Below, one piece after another: positions 53,602 to 62,609 of a stretch of 64,000 bases of DNA; position 1 is the first letter of the stretch; every line of letters begins with the position of its first letter. The stretch is from Planctomycetota bacterium (GTDB lineage: Bacteria; Planctomycetota; Uabimicrobiia; Uabimicrobiales; JABWCH01). The DNA lies in NCBI GenBank assembly GCA_017993505.1, contig JAGOMP010000005.1, forward strand, positions 16,537 through 80,536, given 5' to 3'. A program made the position numbers and the translations under genes. The notes beneath the pieces are model-generated. The model saw only the letters and a list, made by a program, of their open reading frames with translations, was not told where the DNA came from and did not search any database.

Positions 53602-54381
53602 ATGAAATTTGAAAAAAGTGTCATTGGAATGATCCATGTTCCTGCGTTACTGGGAACTCCTAAAAACAAAATGAATATACAACAAATCGTAGAACATTGC
53701 GTACAAGAAACTCTTTTATATAAACAATGTGGATTACAATATATTATGATTGAAAATATGCATGATATACCTTATATGAATCGAAAAGTAGGGCCAGAAA
53801 TTGTTGCTGCTATGACACAAATTGCGATTCAAGTACGCTCTCACTTTGAAGGATACATTGGAATACAAATTTTAGCAGGAGCCAATAAAGAAGCTTTGGC
53901 AGTTGCTCATTGTGCTCATCTTGATTTTATTCGTGCGGAAGGGTTTGTATTTGGTCATGTTGCTGATGAAGGATATATAGATTCTTGTGCTGGAGAACTT
54001 CTACGATATAGAAAATTCATTGGTGCGGAAAGAATTGTTATTTTAACAGACATTAAAAAAAAACATAGTTCACATGCCATTACTTCAGATGTAGACATTG
54101 CAGACACAGCCCATGCAGCAGAATTTTTTCTATCTGATGGAGTCATTGTCACAGGAACGGCAACAGGAAATGAACCAGATCTTCATGAACTTAAAATTGT
54201 GAAAAAAACAGTGAAAATTCCTGTTTTATTAGGATCTGGCATCACTCCTGAAAATATCAGAAAATATCTTCCATATGCAGATGGTTTTATTATTGGTTCT
54301 TATTTTAAAAAAGATGGATATTGGAAGAATGAACTAGAAGAAAATCGAATTTTAAAATTATTGGAAGTATTGAAAATATAG
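53602..54381 (+). CDS. BtpA/SgcQ-family TIM-barrel protein
   Basis: VIGMIHVPALLGTP opening, IENMHDIPY, C-terminal GSGITPENI, typical of the BtpA family. Confidence 0.75.
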   Translation: MKFEKSVIGMIHVPALLGTPKNKMNIQQIVEHCVQETLLYKQCGLQYIMIENMHDIPYMNRKVGPEIVAAMTQIAIQVRSHFEGYIGIQILAGANKEALAVAHCAHLDFIRAEGFVFGHVADEGYIDSCAGELLRYRKFIGAERIVILTDIKKKHSSHAITSDVDIADTAHAAEFFLSDGVIVTGTATGNEPDLHELKIVKKTVKIPVLLGSGITPENIRKYLPYADGFIIGSYFKKDGYWKNELEENRILKLLEVLKI

Positions 54382-54383
54382 AT

Positions 54384-54577
54384 TATTGGAATAAATCTAA
54401 AAACAGAGGTAGTATATAAATATTCGAAAGATAAATATGATTTATAGAATATTATATTTTTTAATGGTTTATTGGAATGAAGCTAAAAAAACATAGATAT
54501 TATATAAACATGCGAAATATAATTTTATAATACTCTATTTTTTTATAGTAGATGATTTAAATGAAATGAAGCTAAAA
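54384..54577. repeat. Degenerate ~87-bp tandem repeats in the btpA/miaA convergent spacer
   Basis: Units open with ATTGGAATAAATCTAAAAACAGAGG (54384), ATTGGAATGAAGCTAAAAAAACATAGA (about 54470) and ATGAAATGAAGCTAAAAAAATAGAG (about 54560). Confidence 0.5.
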
Positions 54578-54625
54578 AAATAGAGACTGTAGCAATCCTA
54601 TTTGTTGCTACAATCTCTATTTTTC
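54578..54625. terminator. Bidirectional terminator hairpin
   Basis: AAATAGAGACTGTAGCAA ... TTGCTACAATCTCTATTT (18-bp stem, 1 mismatch), with an A-run before and a T-run after. Confidence 0.75.
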
Positions 54626-54630
54626 GTGAA

Positions 54631-55551
54631 TTATGTCAGTAAAAAAATATTATCTAACCAAATTTTTATAGCTTCTTGATAGTTATGTGCATTTGGTTTC
54701 AACCAATGAATAGAAAAACGGCGAAGCCATGTGAGTTGTCGTTTTGCAAATTGTCGTGTGTGGCACTTAATATCATCGGCTAAAGTAGCAAAAAGAGAGT
54801 TGTCTTGTAGTGCTGCAATTGTTTCTTTATATCCAATGGCTTGTTCTGCTGTATGGGAAAGTGGATAGGGAAGGGAGAGTAGATGTTTTGTTTCTTCAAT
54901 CAGTCCTTGTTCCATCATTCGATCTATTCGTGTTTCAATTCTTCTGTAAAGTTCTTGTCGTTCGTGTTGTATTCCAATATAAATTGCTTGGTATTGTGCT
55001 GGTGCTGTTGTTCTTTCTCTTTGCCATTGTGTAATAGGAATTCCAGTATCATAATAGACTTCAAGTGCTCGGATAATTCTTCGTTGGTCTTGAGATGAAA
55101 TATTTTTTGCTGCTAAAGGATCAATTTTTTGCAATTGTAGATATAGTTCTTCCATAGGTTGTTGGCTAAGTTGTTCACGCAATGTCCAATTTGCAGAGGG
55201 ACTGTCGCAAATCCCTTCTAAAAGACGCTTTATATAAAGAACAGTTCCACCTACTAAAATAACAGGACGATGGCGTTGTCGTATTTCTTGAATATATTGA
55301 GCAGTATCTTGCACAAAATTCCCAGTATTATATGTTTCCCAAGGTTCACGTATATTAATCAGGTGGTAAGGAACTTCTTCTTGTTCCTCTTTGGTAGGTT
55401 TAGCAGTGCCAATATTCATTTGTCGGTAAATTGCCATAGAATCTGCAGAAATAATTTCTGCATTTGTATTTTTAGCAATTTGGTGTGCTAAAGTTGTTTT
55501 TCCACTACCAGTTGGTCCCATAATGATGCAAATAGGTATAGGTATTTGCAT
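54631..55551 (-). CDS. miaA: tRNA dimethylallyltransferase
   Basis: P-loop GPTGSGKTTLA. IISADSMAIYRQMNIGTAKP. Start set at ATG 55551, overlapping the upstream stop (TAATG); the track ORF extends to 55569. Confidence 0.9.
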   Translation of the reverse strand: MQIPIPICIIMGPTGSGKTTLAHQIAKNTNAEIISADSMAIYRQMNIGTAKPTKEEQEEVPYHLINIREPWETYNTGNFVQDTAQYIQEIRQRHRPVILVGGTVLYIKRLLEGICDSPSANWTLREQLSQQPMEELYLQLQKIDPLAAKNISSQDQRRIIRALEVYYDTGIPITQWQRERTTAPAQYQAIYIGIQHERQELYRRIETRIDRMMEQGLIEETKHLLSLPYPLSHTAEQAIGYKETIAALQDNSLFATLADDIKCHTRQFAKRQLTWLRRFSIHWLKPNAHNYQEAIKIWLDNIFLLT

Positions 55552-56015
55552 TATAAAACCCTTTCCCAACTAATAAATTTTCCGCCTTTTCGTTTTGTGA
55601 CAACAAGTTGAAAATTTTTCCAAATTTCTTCCTGTATTTTTGTAGGTTTTTCATTTTCTGGCACATCTGTTTTCTTTTCTTGGACTATAAAGAATGCTGG
55701 TGTGTGCATTCTTTCTCGTTCTTCGTAAAACAATTTGTACAGTAGTCCTTGTTTATATTCATTTTGCGAATTTTCTTGAGCAAAAACTAATATGCGTTCA
55801 ATAGGAATAGGTATAGGCATAATATCGTTATTTTTTTGCTGACATATATAGGACAAACATTTTTTCACTTCACCAATTTCTTGGTAACAATGCATACAAA
55901 TTGCAAATTGACATGTTTTGCACATTTGCCAGCCTTCTCGCACTGCTTGTTCTAGTGTTTTTTGTTGAAAGCAACCCATGCAACGAATAGATACTTCATC
56001 CATTTTTAGTGACAT
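55551..56015 (-). CDS. Cys-rich zinc-ribbon protein (hypothetical)
   Basis: CMGCFQQK...CKTCQFAICMHCYQ...CLSYIC within the first 60 aa. Translationally coupled to miaA. Confidence 0.55.
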   Translation of the reverse strand: MSLKMDEVSIRCMGCFQQKTLEQAVREGWQMCKTCQFAICMHCYQEIGEVKKCLSYICQQKNNDIMPIPIPIERILVFAQENSQNEYKQGLLYKLFYEERERMHTPAFFIVQEKKTDVPENEKPTKIQEEIWKNFQLVVTKRKGGKFISWERVL

Positions 56016-56038
56016 TCTTATCTCCGTTTTTTATTTGA

Positions 56039-57439
56039 TTATAGAATATCTTTCACTTGAATTTCGAGTTCTTTTAGTTTTTGTTGTAGACTCTGTCTAG
56101 GAATTTCCAGTGAATTGGCAGTTTGCGAGATGTTTCCTTGAAATGCTCTGAGGCGTTGTGTAATGAATTTTCGTTCAAAATTTTGTACGTACATTTTTTT
56201 TGCATCTCTAAAGGAAAGTTCAGAAATATTTTGAAATAAGTTCAGTTCTTTACATAATTTTTCTTGGTTAATATTCACGATGTCACTTGGTAAATCTTGA
56301 AGAGTGAGTGTTGTGTTCATGGCAAGAAGTATGCTTTTTTCTAAAACATTACGAAGTTGGCGTACATTTCCAGGCCAATGGTAATTATGTAGAGCTTTCA
56401 TAGCATCGGGCTCAACATGGCTGATGTTTTTATTATATTTTTCGGAAAAGAGGGTTAAAAAGTGGTTTGTTAAAAGTGTAATGTCATTGCCTCGTTCTCG
56501 AAGCGGTGGTAAGTAGATATCTAAAACTTTGATGCGATAGTATAAGTCTTCTCGAAAATTATTATCTTCAATTTCTTGTACTAGATCTTTATTAGTTGCT
56601 GCTATAAATCGAACATCTACTTGTATTGGATGGTTAGATCCTAGACGCTCTATTGTTTTATTTTGTAGGAGACGGAGTATTTTTGCTTGTGTATGCAAAC
56701 TCATATCTCCAATTTCATCTAAAAATAATGTGCCTTTATGGGCTTCTTCCACTTTACCTTTTCGTTGTTCACCAGCACTTGTGAATGCACCTTTTTCATG
56801 TCCAAAAAGTTCGCTCTCAATGAGATTTTCTGGCAATGCTGCACAATTGGTAGCTATAAAATTATGATTTCTTCGATTGCTATGTTTGTGAATTTCTCGT
56901 GCTACAAGTTCTTTCCCTGTACCACTTTCTCCACATATTAAAACTGTGACGTCTGTATTGGCAACTTTTTCAATGAGGTCATAAATTTTTTTAATGGCTT
57001 GCGATTGCCCTATAATTTCACCAAAGCTTTCTTGTATTTTGATTTGTTGTTGCAATCGTTGATTTTCTTTAGTAAGACTGATTTTTTCTATGGATCTCTG
57101 TGCTATAAGGCGCAATTCATCTACATCATATGGTTTTGTAAGATAGTCATATGCACCTCGTTTCATGGCTTCTACTGCAATTTTTTCTGTCCCATATGCC
57201 GTTACCACAATGACGATAGGTGCGTTTTTTTGTGTTTGTAAATGAGAGAGAACTTCCATGCCGCCCATTACTGGCATATTTAAGTCTAAGAATACAAGGT
57301 CAATTTCGCTATTTTGGATGGTTTGTAATGCTTCATGTCCATTTGTTGCTTCTTCTATTTCATAATTGTTTTTTTGGAGTGCTTTTTTCATTCCAAAGCG
57401 TGCTGCTTTTTCATCATCCACAATGAGTATTTTTGCCAT
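56039..57439 (-). CDS. Sigma-54-dependent response regulator (NtrC family: REC, AAA+, Fis-type HTH)
   Basis: REC ILIVDDE...DLVFLDLNMP...KP. Walker A GESGTGKE. GAFTSA (GAFTGA variant). FLDEIG. FREDLYYRI. C-terminal HTH ISQTANSLEIPRQSLQQKLKEL. Confidence 0.9.
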   Translation of the reverse strand: MAKILIVDDEKAARFGMKKALQKNNYEIEEATNGHEALQTIQNSEIDLVFLDLNMPVMGGMEVLSHLQTQKNAPIVIVVTAYGTEKIAVEAMKRGAYDYLTKPYDVDELRLIAQRSIEKISLTKENQRLQQQIKIQESFGEIIGQSQAIKKIYDLIEKVANTDVTVLICGESGTGKELVAREIHKHSNRRNHNFIATNCAALPENLIESELFGHEKGAFTSAGEQRKGKVEEAHKGTLFLDEIGDMSLHTQAKILRLLQNKTIERLGSNHPIQVDVRFIAATNKDLVQEIEDNNFREDLYYRIKVLDIYLPPLRERGNDITLLTNHFLTLFSEKYNKNISHVEPDAMKALHNYHWPGNVRQLRNVLEKSILLAMNTTLTLQDLPSDIVNINQEKLCKELNLFQNISELSFRDAKKMYVQNFERKFITQRLRAFQGNISQTANSLEIPRQSLQQKLKELEIQVKDIL

Positions 57440-57440
57440 G

Positions 57441-60227
57441 TTACATCCTTCGTATAAATCGTGGTTTAGGTGCCATTGAAGTCGCTCCTTCCTTTTTGCT
57501 AAATGTTATGATGAGGTCTGCAACTGCTAATGCAGCAATATTTTCAGTAGTAGGTGTTGTTAAGATAAATTGGGCTTTTGTAGAGCGTAAAAAATGACCA
57601 ACTTCCATGATTCTTAACATGTCTAAATGTGCATTGTGTTCGTCCATGATAAAAAATCCACTGCCTCGTTCTTGTTCAATTCTTGAAAGAGCTACAAGCA
57701 AGATAAGGCTTGAAATTACGTCTTGTCCACCTGATAAAGATTTATCATGGATATCTACCTCATGTTTTTTATCAAATGCAACTTTGACTTGAAGTTTGGC
57801 TTCTTCAATCAAGCTTTCACCGCTTCCAAGTTCTAGTTGAATGCGCATTTTACAACCTGCAACATCTGACAATTCTTTAATTGCTTTGCTATAAAATTCA
57901 ATAGTTTGGCTAATCATTTCTTTGTAATCGCGACGGCATCTTTCTAATTCTTGAGATCTGAGGCGTTGATCATCTTCTTGTCGTTCTAATTGCTTTCGTT
58001 TGGAATGAAGTTCTTGTTTTTCATGTTCAAATAGAATGATTAAGTTTAAATCTCGAGAACCAGCATAAACTTCAATATGATGATTGAGTTCTTGTAATTT
58101 TTGGTTAAGCCATTCTGGTTTTTCTAGTTGTTCTGGAATATATGTTGTTTCTGTGTCTTTTGGTAATGTTTTGTCTAATTCTTCTTTTTGCCATTTCAAC
58201 TGACTTAAAATTTGAGACTTATCAGCCATGGACTCTTCCATTTGTCGCTTATCACGAAAAATTTTATCACATTCTTTTTGCACATCACGGATTTCGTTAT
58301 TTTTTTTGTTTCGTTCGTCTGTGATTTTGTTAATTTCTTCGAGAGTTTTATTTTTTTCTTGTTCTAAAGTTTTCGAACTATTTAATAATTCTTCGCCTTG
58401 TTGTTGAAGTTTATCATAGTTTTCTTTTGTTTTTTCCCATTCTTCTTGTTTTCGTAAAATAATGAGTTTTTCTTCTTGTGTTTGAATTTGTGTGTTATTT
58501 TCTTGCACTTCTTGTTGCAATGTATCTATGACTTTTTGTTGTTTGCTGATTTGTTCTTCATTTTCTTTGAGTTGCAATTCCATTGCCATACCACCACAAA
58601 AAAATCGAACGTCTCGGGCAATAAAAATCCCGCCTCGCCTGTCTTGTCTATATCCTTGAACTGTGATGGTAATGAACTCACTGTATTGATGCCCTTCATC
58701 TACTGTATCAACTAAGAGAATTTCATTAAGTCCAATCAATCGTGCTGTAATTCTTGAATCTAAAACTCGTAAATTTGCTAAAATAGAATTGGAACGAATC
58801 TGTGTAGGAAGAGGATATGATTCGTATTTACTAATATAGTTACTATATTTATATTTTTCGCCTAATTTTTTTGCATAGAGAAAATCTTTATCATCTACAA
58901 AAATAGTAAAACGTTCTCTACCTAAAAAGGATTCAATGGCAAGTTGCCATTTTGGTTCTGTAATTTCAATCCCTTCTGCAAAAATAAGATTATCAATATT
59001 TTCTGTATCTAAAATATCTCGGAATATTTCAATTTCTTTTGGAAAGCTCGGAATCTTTTTCTGACTCATATCTTTTCGTTCTTGTTGCAAACGATTCATA
59101 TCTTGGCGAGCTTGTGACAATTTGTTTTTCTTTTGGTAATATTCTTCTTGCAATTGTTCCAGAGTTGTTTGAATGCTTTCTTTATCTAAATCTTGTGGCA
59201 TAGTTTCAATTTCTTTTTTTAGACGCTCCATTCTTTGCCATTCAGAATGGCATTGACCAATTTTTTGGTTCATTTGGCTCAATTCTTTATCTTGCAAGAA
59301 TAATGTTTGTCTCAATTCTTGTTGTTGTGTTTCCATCCCTTCAATATTGCCTTGCATAAGGGATATCTGGTCCTGCAACATAGTAACTTTTTTGTCAAAT
59401 ACTAGTTTTTTTTCTTGGATTTCCACAATATTTTTTTCTATATCATGGATTTCATTTAATACTCGATACCATTGTGCCAATGGAAGTTTTTCTAATTCAA
59501 TGATTCGTTTTTCATCTAGTAATTCTTTATATGTTTGTGCTTGTTGGGCAAGTCGTTCTAAATTATGATTTTGTTCACAAATCTTATTATACTCTGAACG
59601 AAGTTCAATGAGTTGCTGAGATGTTTTTCGATAATTATTTCGTGCATCTTCATAACATTTGATAATGTCGCGATTACCTGTAATGTCCATAACAAGATTT
59701 AATAATTCTTCTGGTTTCATTTGCCCAATTTTATCTGTTTCTCCTTGTTCTAGAGCAATCAAACGCAATGTAGAACGAGATACCCCAGCTTCTTCAAGTT
59801 GTTTAGAATATTGAGTAGGCGAATAACCAGATTTTAAGCTTTTTAAATCTTCTAAGGGGATATCTCCTTTTAAAATAAAAAACTCTTTTTCAATTCTTTG
59901 AGGACCTTTATTTCGAATAAGACAAATAAGGGAAACGTCTACATCACCATGAATCCCTAAAAAAGCAAAAGGACGTCGCCCATTAACAAGTTGATTGGTG
60001 ACAACGCCTTTAATCATTCCGATTTCAACATCTTTTTGTATATAATGATACAATGTGCGATTTTTGCTTAATCTTGGACTATTCAGTAGCACGCGCAATG
60101 CATCTAAAAAAGTTGTTTTTCCACTACCATTGGGACCGACTAACAGGATGATTTCCCCATCTAAAGGAATTCGATAATTTGGGTAGCAATCCCAATTCAT
60201 TAATTCTAATGCTTTAAAACGAAACAT
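57441..60227 (-). CDS. SMC-like ABC-type ATPase (928 aa) with long coiled coils and a central hinge-like globular insert; head resembles the MukB/MksB/JetC type
   Basis: N-terminal LELMNWDCYPNYRIPLDGEIILLVGPNGSGKTTFLDALRVLL. C-terminal LSGGQ signature and Walker B FFIMDEH..HLD. About 250 aa heptad regions on each side of a non-coiled segment (IFAEGIEITEPKWQLAIESFLGRERFTIFVDD...). The stop is 1 nt from the activator ATG. Confidence 0.7.
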   Translation of the reverse strand: MFRFKALELMNWDCYPNYRIPLDGEIILLVGPNGSGKTTFLDALRVLLNSPRLSKNRTLYHYIQKDVEIGMIKGVVTNQLVNGRRPFAFLGIHGDVDVSLICLIRNKGPQRIEKEFFILKGDIPLEDLKSLKSGYSPTQYSKQLEEAGVSRSTLRLIALEQGETDKIGQMKPEELLNLVMDITGNRDIIKCYEDARNNYRKTSQQLIELRSEYNKICEQNHNLERLAQQAQTYKELLDEKRIIELEKLPLAQWYRVLNEIHDIEKNIVEIQEKKLVFDKKVTMLQDQISLMQGNIEGMETQQQELRQTLFLQDKELSQMNQKIGQCHSEWQRMERLKKEIETMPQDLDKESIQTTLEQLQEEYYQKKNKLSQARQDMNRLQQERKDMSQKKIPSFPKEIEIFRDILDTENIDNLIFAEGIEITEPKWQLAIESFLGRERFTIFVDDKDFLYAKKLGEKYKYSNYISKYESYPLPTQIRSNSILANLRVLDSRITARLIGLNEILLVDTVDEGHQYSEFITITVQGYRQDRRGGIFIARDVRFFCGGMAMELQLKENEEQISKQQKVIDTLQQEVQENNTQIQTQEEKLIILRKQEEWEKTKENYDKLQQQGEELLNSSKTLEQEKNKTLEEINKITDERNKKNNEIRDVQKECDKIFRDKRQMEESMADKSQILSQLKWQKEELDKTLPKDTETTYIPEQLEKPEWLNQKLQELNHHIEVYAGSRDLNLIILFEHEKQELHSKRKQLERQEDDQRLRSQELERCRRDYKEMISQTIEFYSKAIKELSDVAGCKMRIQLELGSGESLIEEAKLQVKVAFDKKHEVDIHDKSLSGGQDVISSLILLVALSRIEQERGSGFFIMDEHNAHLDMLRIMEVGHFLRSTKAQFILTTPTTENIAALAVADLIITFSKKEGATSMAPKPRFIRRM

Positions 60228-60306
60228 TATATACCTGATTTCTCTATTGTTGTTTTTTGTTTCCTCTATGTTTCCATAGAAAAGTTTTTAAATTTTCTTT
60301 GTACAT

Positions 60307-60335
60307 TTTCTATTTTATCTTATCAAAAAACAGAA
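60307..60335 (-). promoter_or_regulatory. Sigma-70-type promoter candidate for the SMC-like operon
   Basis: On the minus strand: TTGACA (60335-60330), 17-bp spacer, TAAGAT (60312-60307); about 80 bp upstream of ATG 60227. Confidence 0.5.
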
Positions 60336-60419
60336 ATTTTGTCAAGGTATACAAACAAAAGGCACATTACGAAATTTCCTCTGTTTATATGGAATAGATA
60401 AGAATAGATAGATGGAAGT

Positions 60420-62291
60420 TTAAGAAATAAGTTCTTCCCAAAGTGACATGGATTCTTCATAGTCTTTTTGTAATTCCTGTTGTTGTTGTGTGAGTTGTTT
60501 TACTTTTTCTATGTCCTGATAAATATCTTCCTCCTCCCATTGTTTGTTAATATGGGCGATTTTTTCTTCTAACTTCATAATTTTTTTTTCTAAGTCATTG
60601 ATGTTAGGTTTTTTTACAGATCTTGTAAATGTGGCTTTTTCATGAGCATCACGCTTCTTTTTTGTTTCTGGATCTTCTTTAGGTATTATATATTCTTTAG
60701 AAGTCTGAAAATCTGTGTAATTGCCATAAAAACTAATCCATTTTTTATTATGAAAATGAAGAAGGCGTGTGGCCACTTGGTCAATAAAATATCTATCATG
60801 AGAAACAAATAAAAGTGTTCCATCATAATTATTTAAGGCTGTTTCTAAAGCTTGTCGTGATTTAATATCTAAATGGTTAGTGGGTTCATCTAAAACAAGA
60901 AAATTTGGTTTTTTGACAAGTAAGCGTAACAAAGACAAACGACTCTTTTCTCCACCTGATAAATGTTCCACTCTTTTATAAATTTCATCTCCTATAAACA
61001 ACATACTAGCAAGGAGTTTACGAACTTGAACATCATCTTCTAATGGCAAGAATTCTTTTAAAGAATCAAACACTGTTTTTTCATTGTCTAATCCTAAAAA
61101 TTCTTGATGATAGAATGCTAGTGATACTTTTTCACCGAGCTGAACAGTTCCTTGAGCTGGTGGAAATTCTTTAATAATAAGATGAAGCAATGTTGATTTT
61201 CCACAACCATTGGGCCCCATAATAGCCAATCGTTCAGATCGCTCCATAGAAAAGGTTAAATCCTGAAATAAAAATGGTTCACCATTTCCATATGTATGTC
61301 CCAAATTTCTTATTTCTACAATTCTATCTAATTGTGGTCGTTCCACTTCAATAGAAACATGAATTTGTTTTCCTTGGGTTGGATTTTCTAACAATTCCAT
61401 TTTTTCTAACATATTGCGGCGACTTTGTGCTTGTTTATGCTTTTGTCCATAAATATTTCGACGGATAAAATCTTTTTGACGCTTGATTTCTTCTTGTTGT
61501 CGCTCGTATAATACTTGTTGTTGATTATATTGCTCTTCTTTTGCAATTTGGTACTTATCATAATTTCCTGTAAAAATTTGCAATTTTGCGTTGTGAATTT
61601 CCCAAATTTCATCGACTACTTGGTTAAGAAAATAACGGTCGTGAGAAATTATAACCATAGCTTGATTTGAATTTTTTAAATAATTTTCTAGCCATTCTGT
61701 ACATTCAATATCTAAAAAGTTTGTAGGTTCATCTAAAAGAAATAAATCGCATTCTCTAAGCAATGTTTTGGCAAGACCGACACGGTTTTTTTGTCCACCT
61801 GAAAGTTGCCCAATGGGTTTATCAAATTGATCTGATGAAAAACCAAGCCCATGTAAAACAGCTTCTGTGTCTGCACGAAATTTATATCCACCTGCATGTT
61901 CGTATTGCATTAACAGATGATCTTGTTGTTCAATCAATTTGTTCATTGTTTTTGAGTCTGCTATTTCCATTTGTTGGTGAATTTTTTCTAGTTTTTTTTC
62001 TATGGATTGTAAATCACTATATCCTTCTAGAGCAGCTTGTAAGATTGTTTGATTTTCATCTAAGTCAGAAATTTGCGGCAAGTATGCTATCTTTATATCG
62101 TTCATGAGAATGATTTCACCTTGATCTTCTTGTATCAAACGTAAAATGATTTTGAACAATGTTGTTTTGCCTGTCCCATTGTCTCCAACAAGACCAATTC
62201 TATTGCCTGGGTCAATCTTTGCATGAATGCCTTCTAAAATATTTTCATGGGAAAATGCTTTATGTATGTTAATAATTTGGACAAGTGCCAT
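60420..62291 (-). CDS. ABC-F family ATPase (two NBDs, no TMD; translation-factor type)
   Basis: NBD1 GDNGTGKTT / LSGGQKNRVGLAK / LFLLDEPTNFLD. NBD2 GPNGCGKST / LSGGEKSRLSLLR / FLVLDEPTNHLD. C-terminal coiled coil. Confidence 0.9.
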   Translation of the reverse strand: MALVQIINIHKAFSHENILEGIHAKIDPGNRIGLVGDNGTGKTTLFKIILRLIQEDQGEIILMNDIKIAYLPQISDLDENQTILQAALEGYSDLQSIEKKLEKIHQQMEIADSKTMNKLIEQQDHLLMQYEHAGGYKFRADTEAVLHGLGFSSDQFDKPIGQLSGGQKNRVGLAKTLLRECDLFLLDEPTNFLDIECTEWLENYLKNSNQAMVIISHDRYFLNQVVDEIWEIHNAKLQIFTGNYDKYQIAKEEQYNQQQVLYERQQEEIKRQKDFIRRNIYGQKHKQAQSRRNMLEKMELLENPTQGKQIHVSIEVERPQLDRIVEIRNLGHTYGNGEPFLFQDLTFSMERSERLAIMGPNGCGKSTLLHLIIKEFPPAQGTVQLGEKVSLAFYHQEFLGLDNEKTVFDSLKEFLPLEDDVQVRKLLASMLFIGDEIYKRVEHLSGGEKSRLSLLRLLVKKPNFLVLDEPTNHLDIKSRQALETALNNYDGTLLFVSHDRYFIDQVATRLLHFHNKKWISFYGNYTDFQTSKEYIIPKEDPETKKKRDAHEKATFTRSVKKPNINDLEKKIMKLEEKIAHINKQWEEEDIYQDIEKVKQLTQQQQELQKDYEESMSLWEELIS

Positions 62292-62609
62292 GTTGTTTGT
62301 TTTCCTTGTGATATACGTTTTAAAATATTTTTTATTTATCAGCTTATTGATTATATTGAAAAGAAATTTTTTTATTGCAGTAGTCTTAGAATAAAAGTAG
62401 GATATTAGGATAAGGAAATCTTTTTCTAGTATTTCTTGAACTTATAATGGTTCTATTCGTCTATTTATATTTTCCATAATATGTTACGGGAAGGGTAAAA
62501 AATTATATTATTAGAAATTTATTTGGCTCTATTCTATCGCTATTTTTGATTTTGTCAAGTTTGAGAAATCATTTATTTATTGTCAGTTATCAATTAAGGT
62601 AACAAATAT

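Noticed and set aside
57441-60227. Wadjet (JetABCD) or MksBEF system call
   Set aside because: Only the SMC-like subunit is present. No kleisin-like, KITE-like or Toprim (JetD) genes flank it, so a complete known system cannot be claimed from this window.
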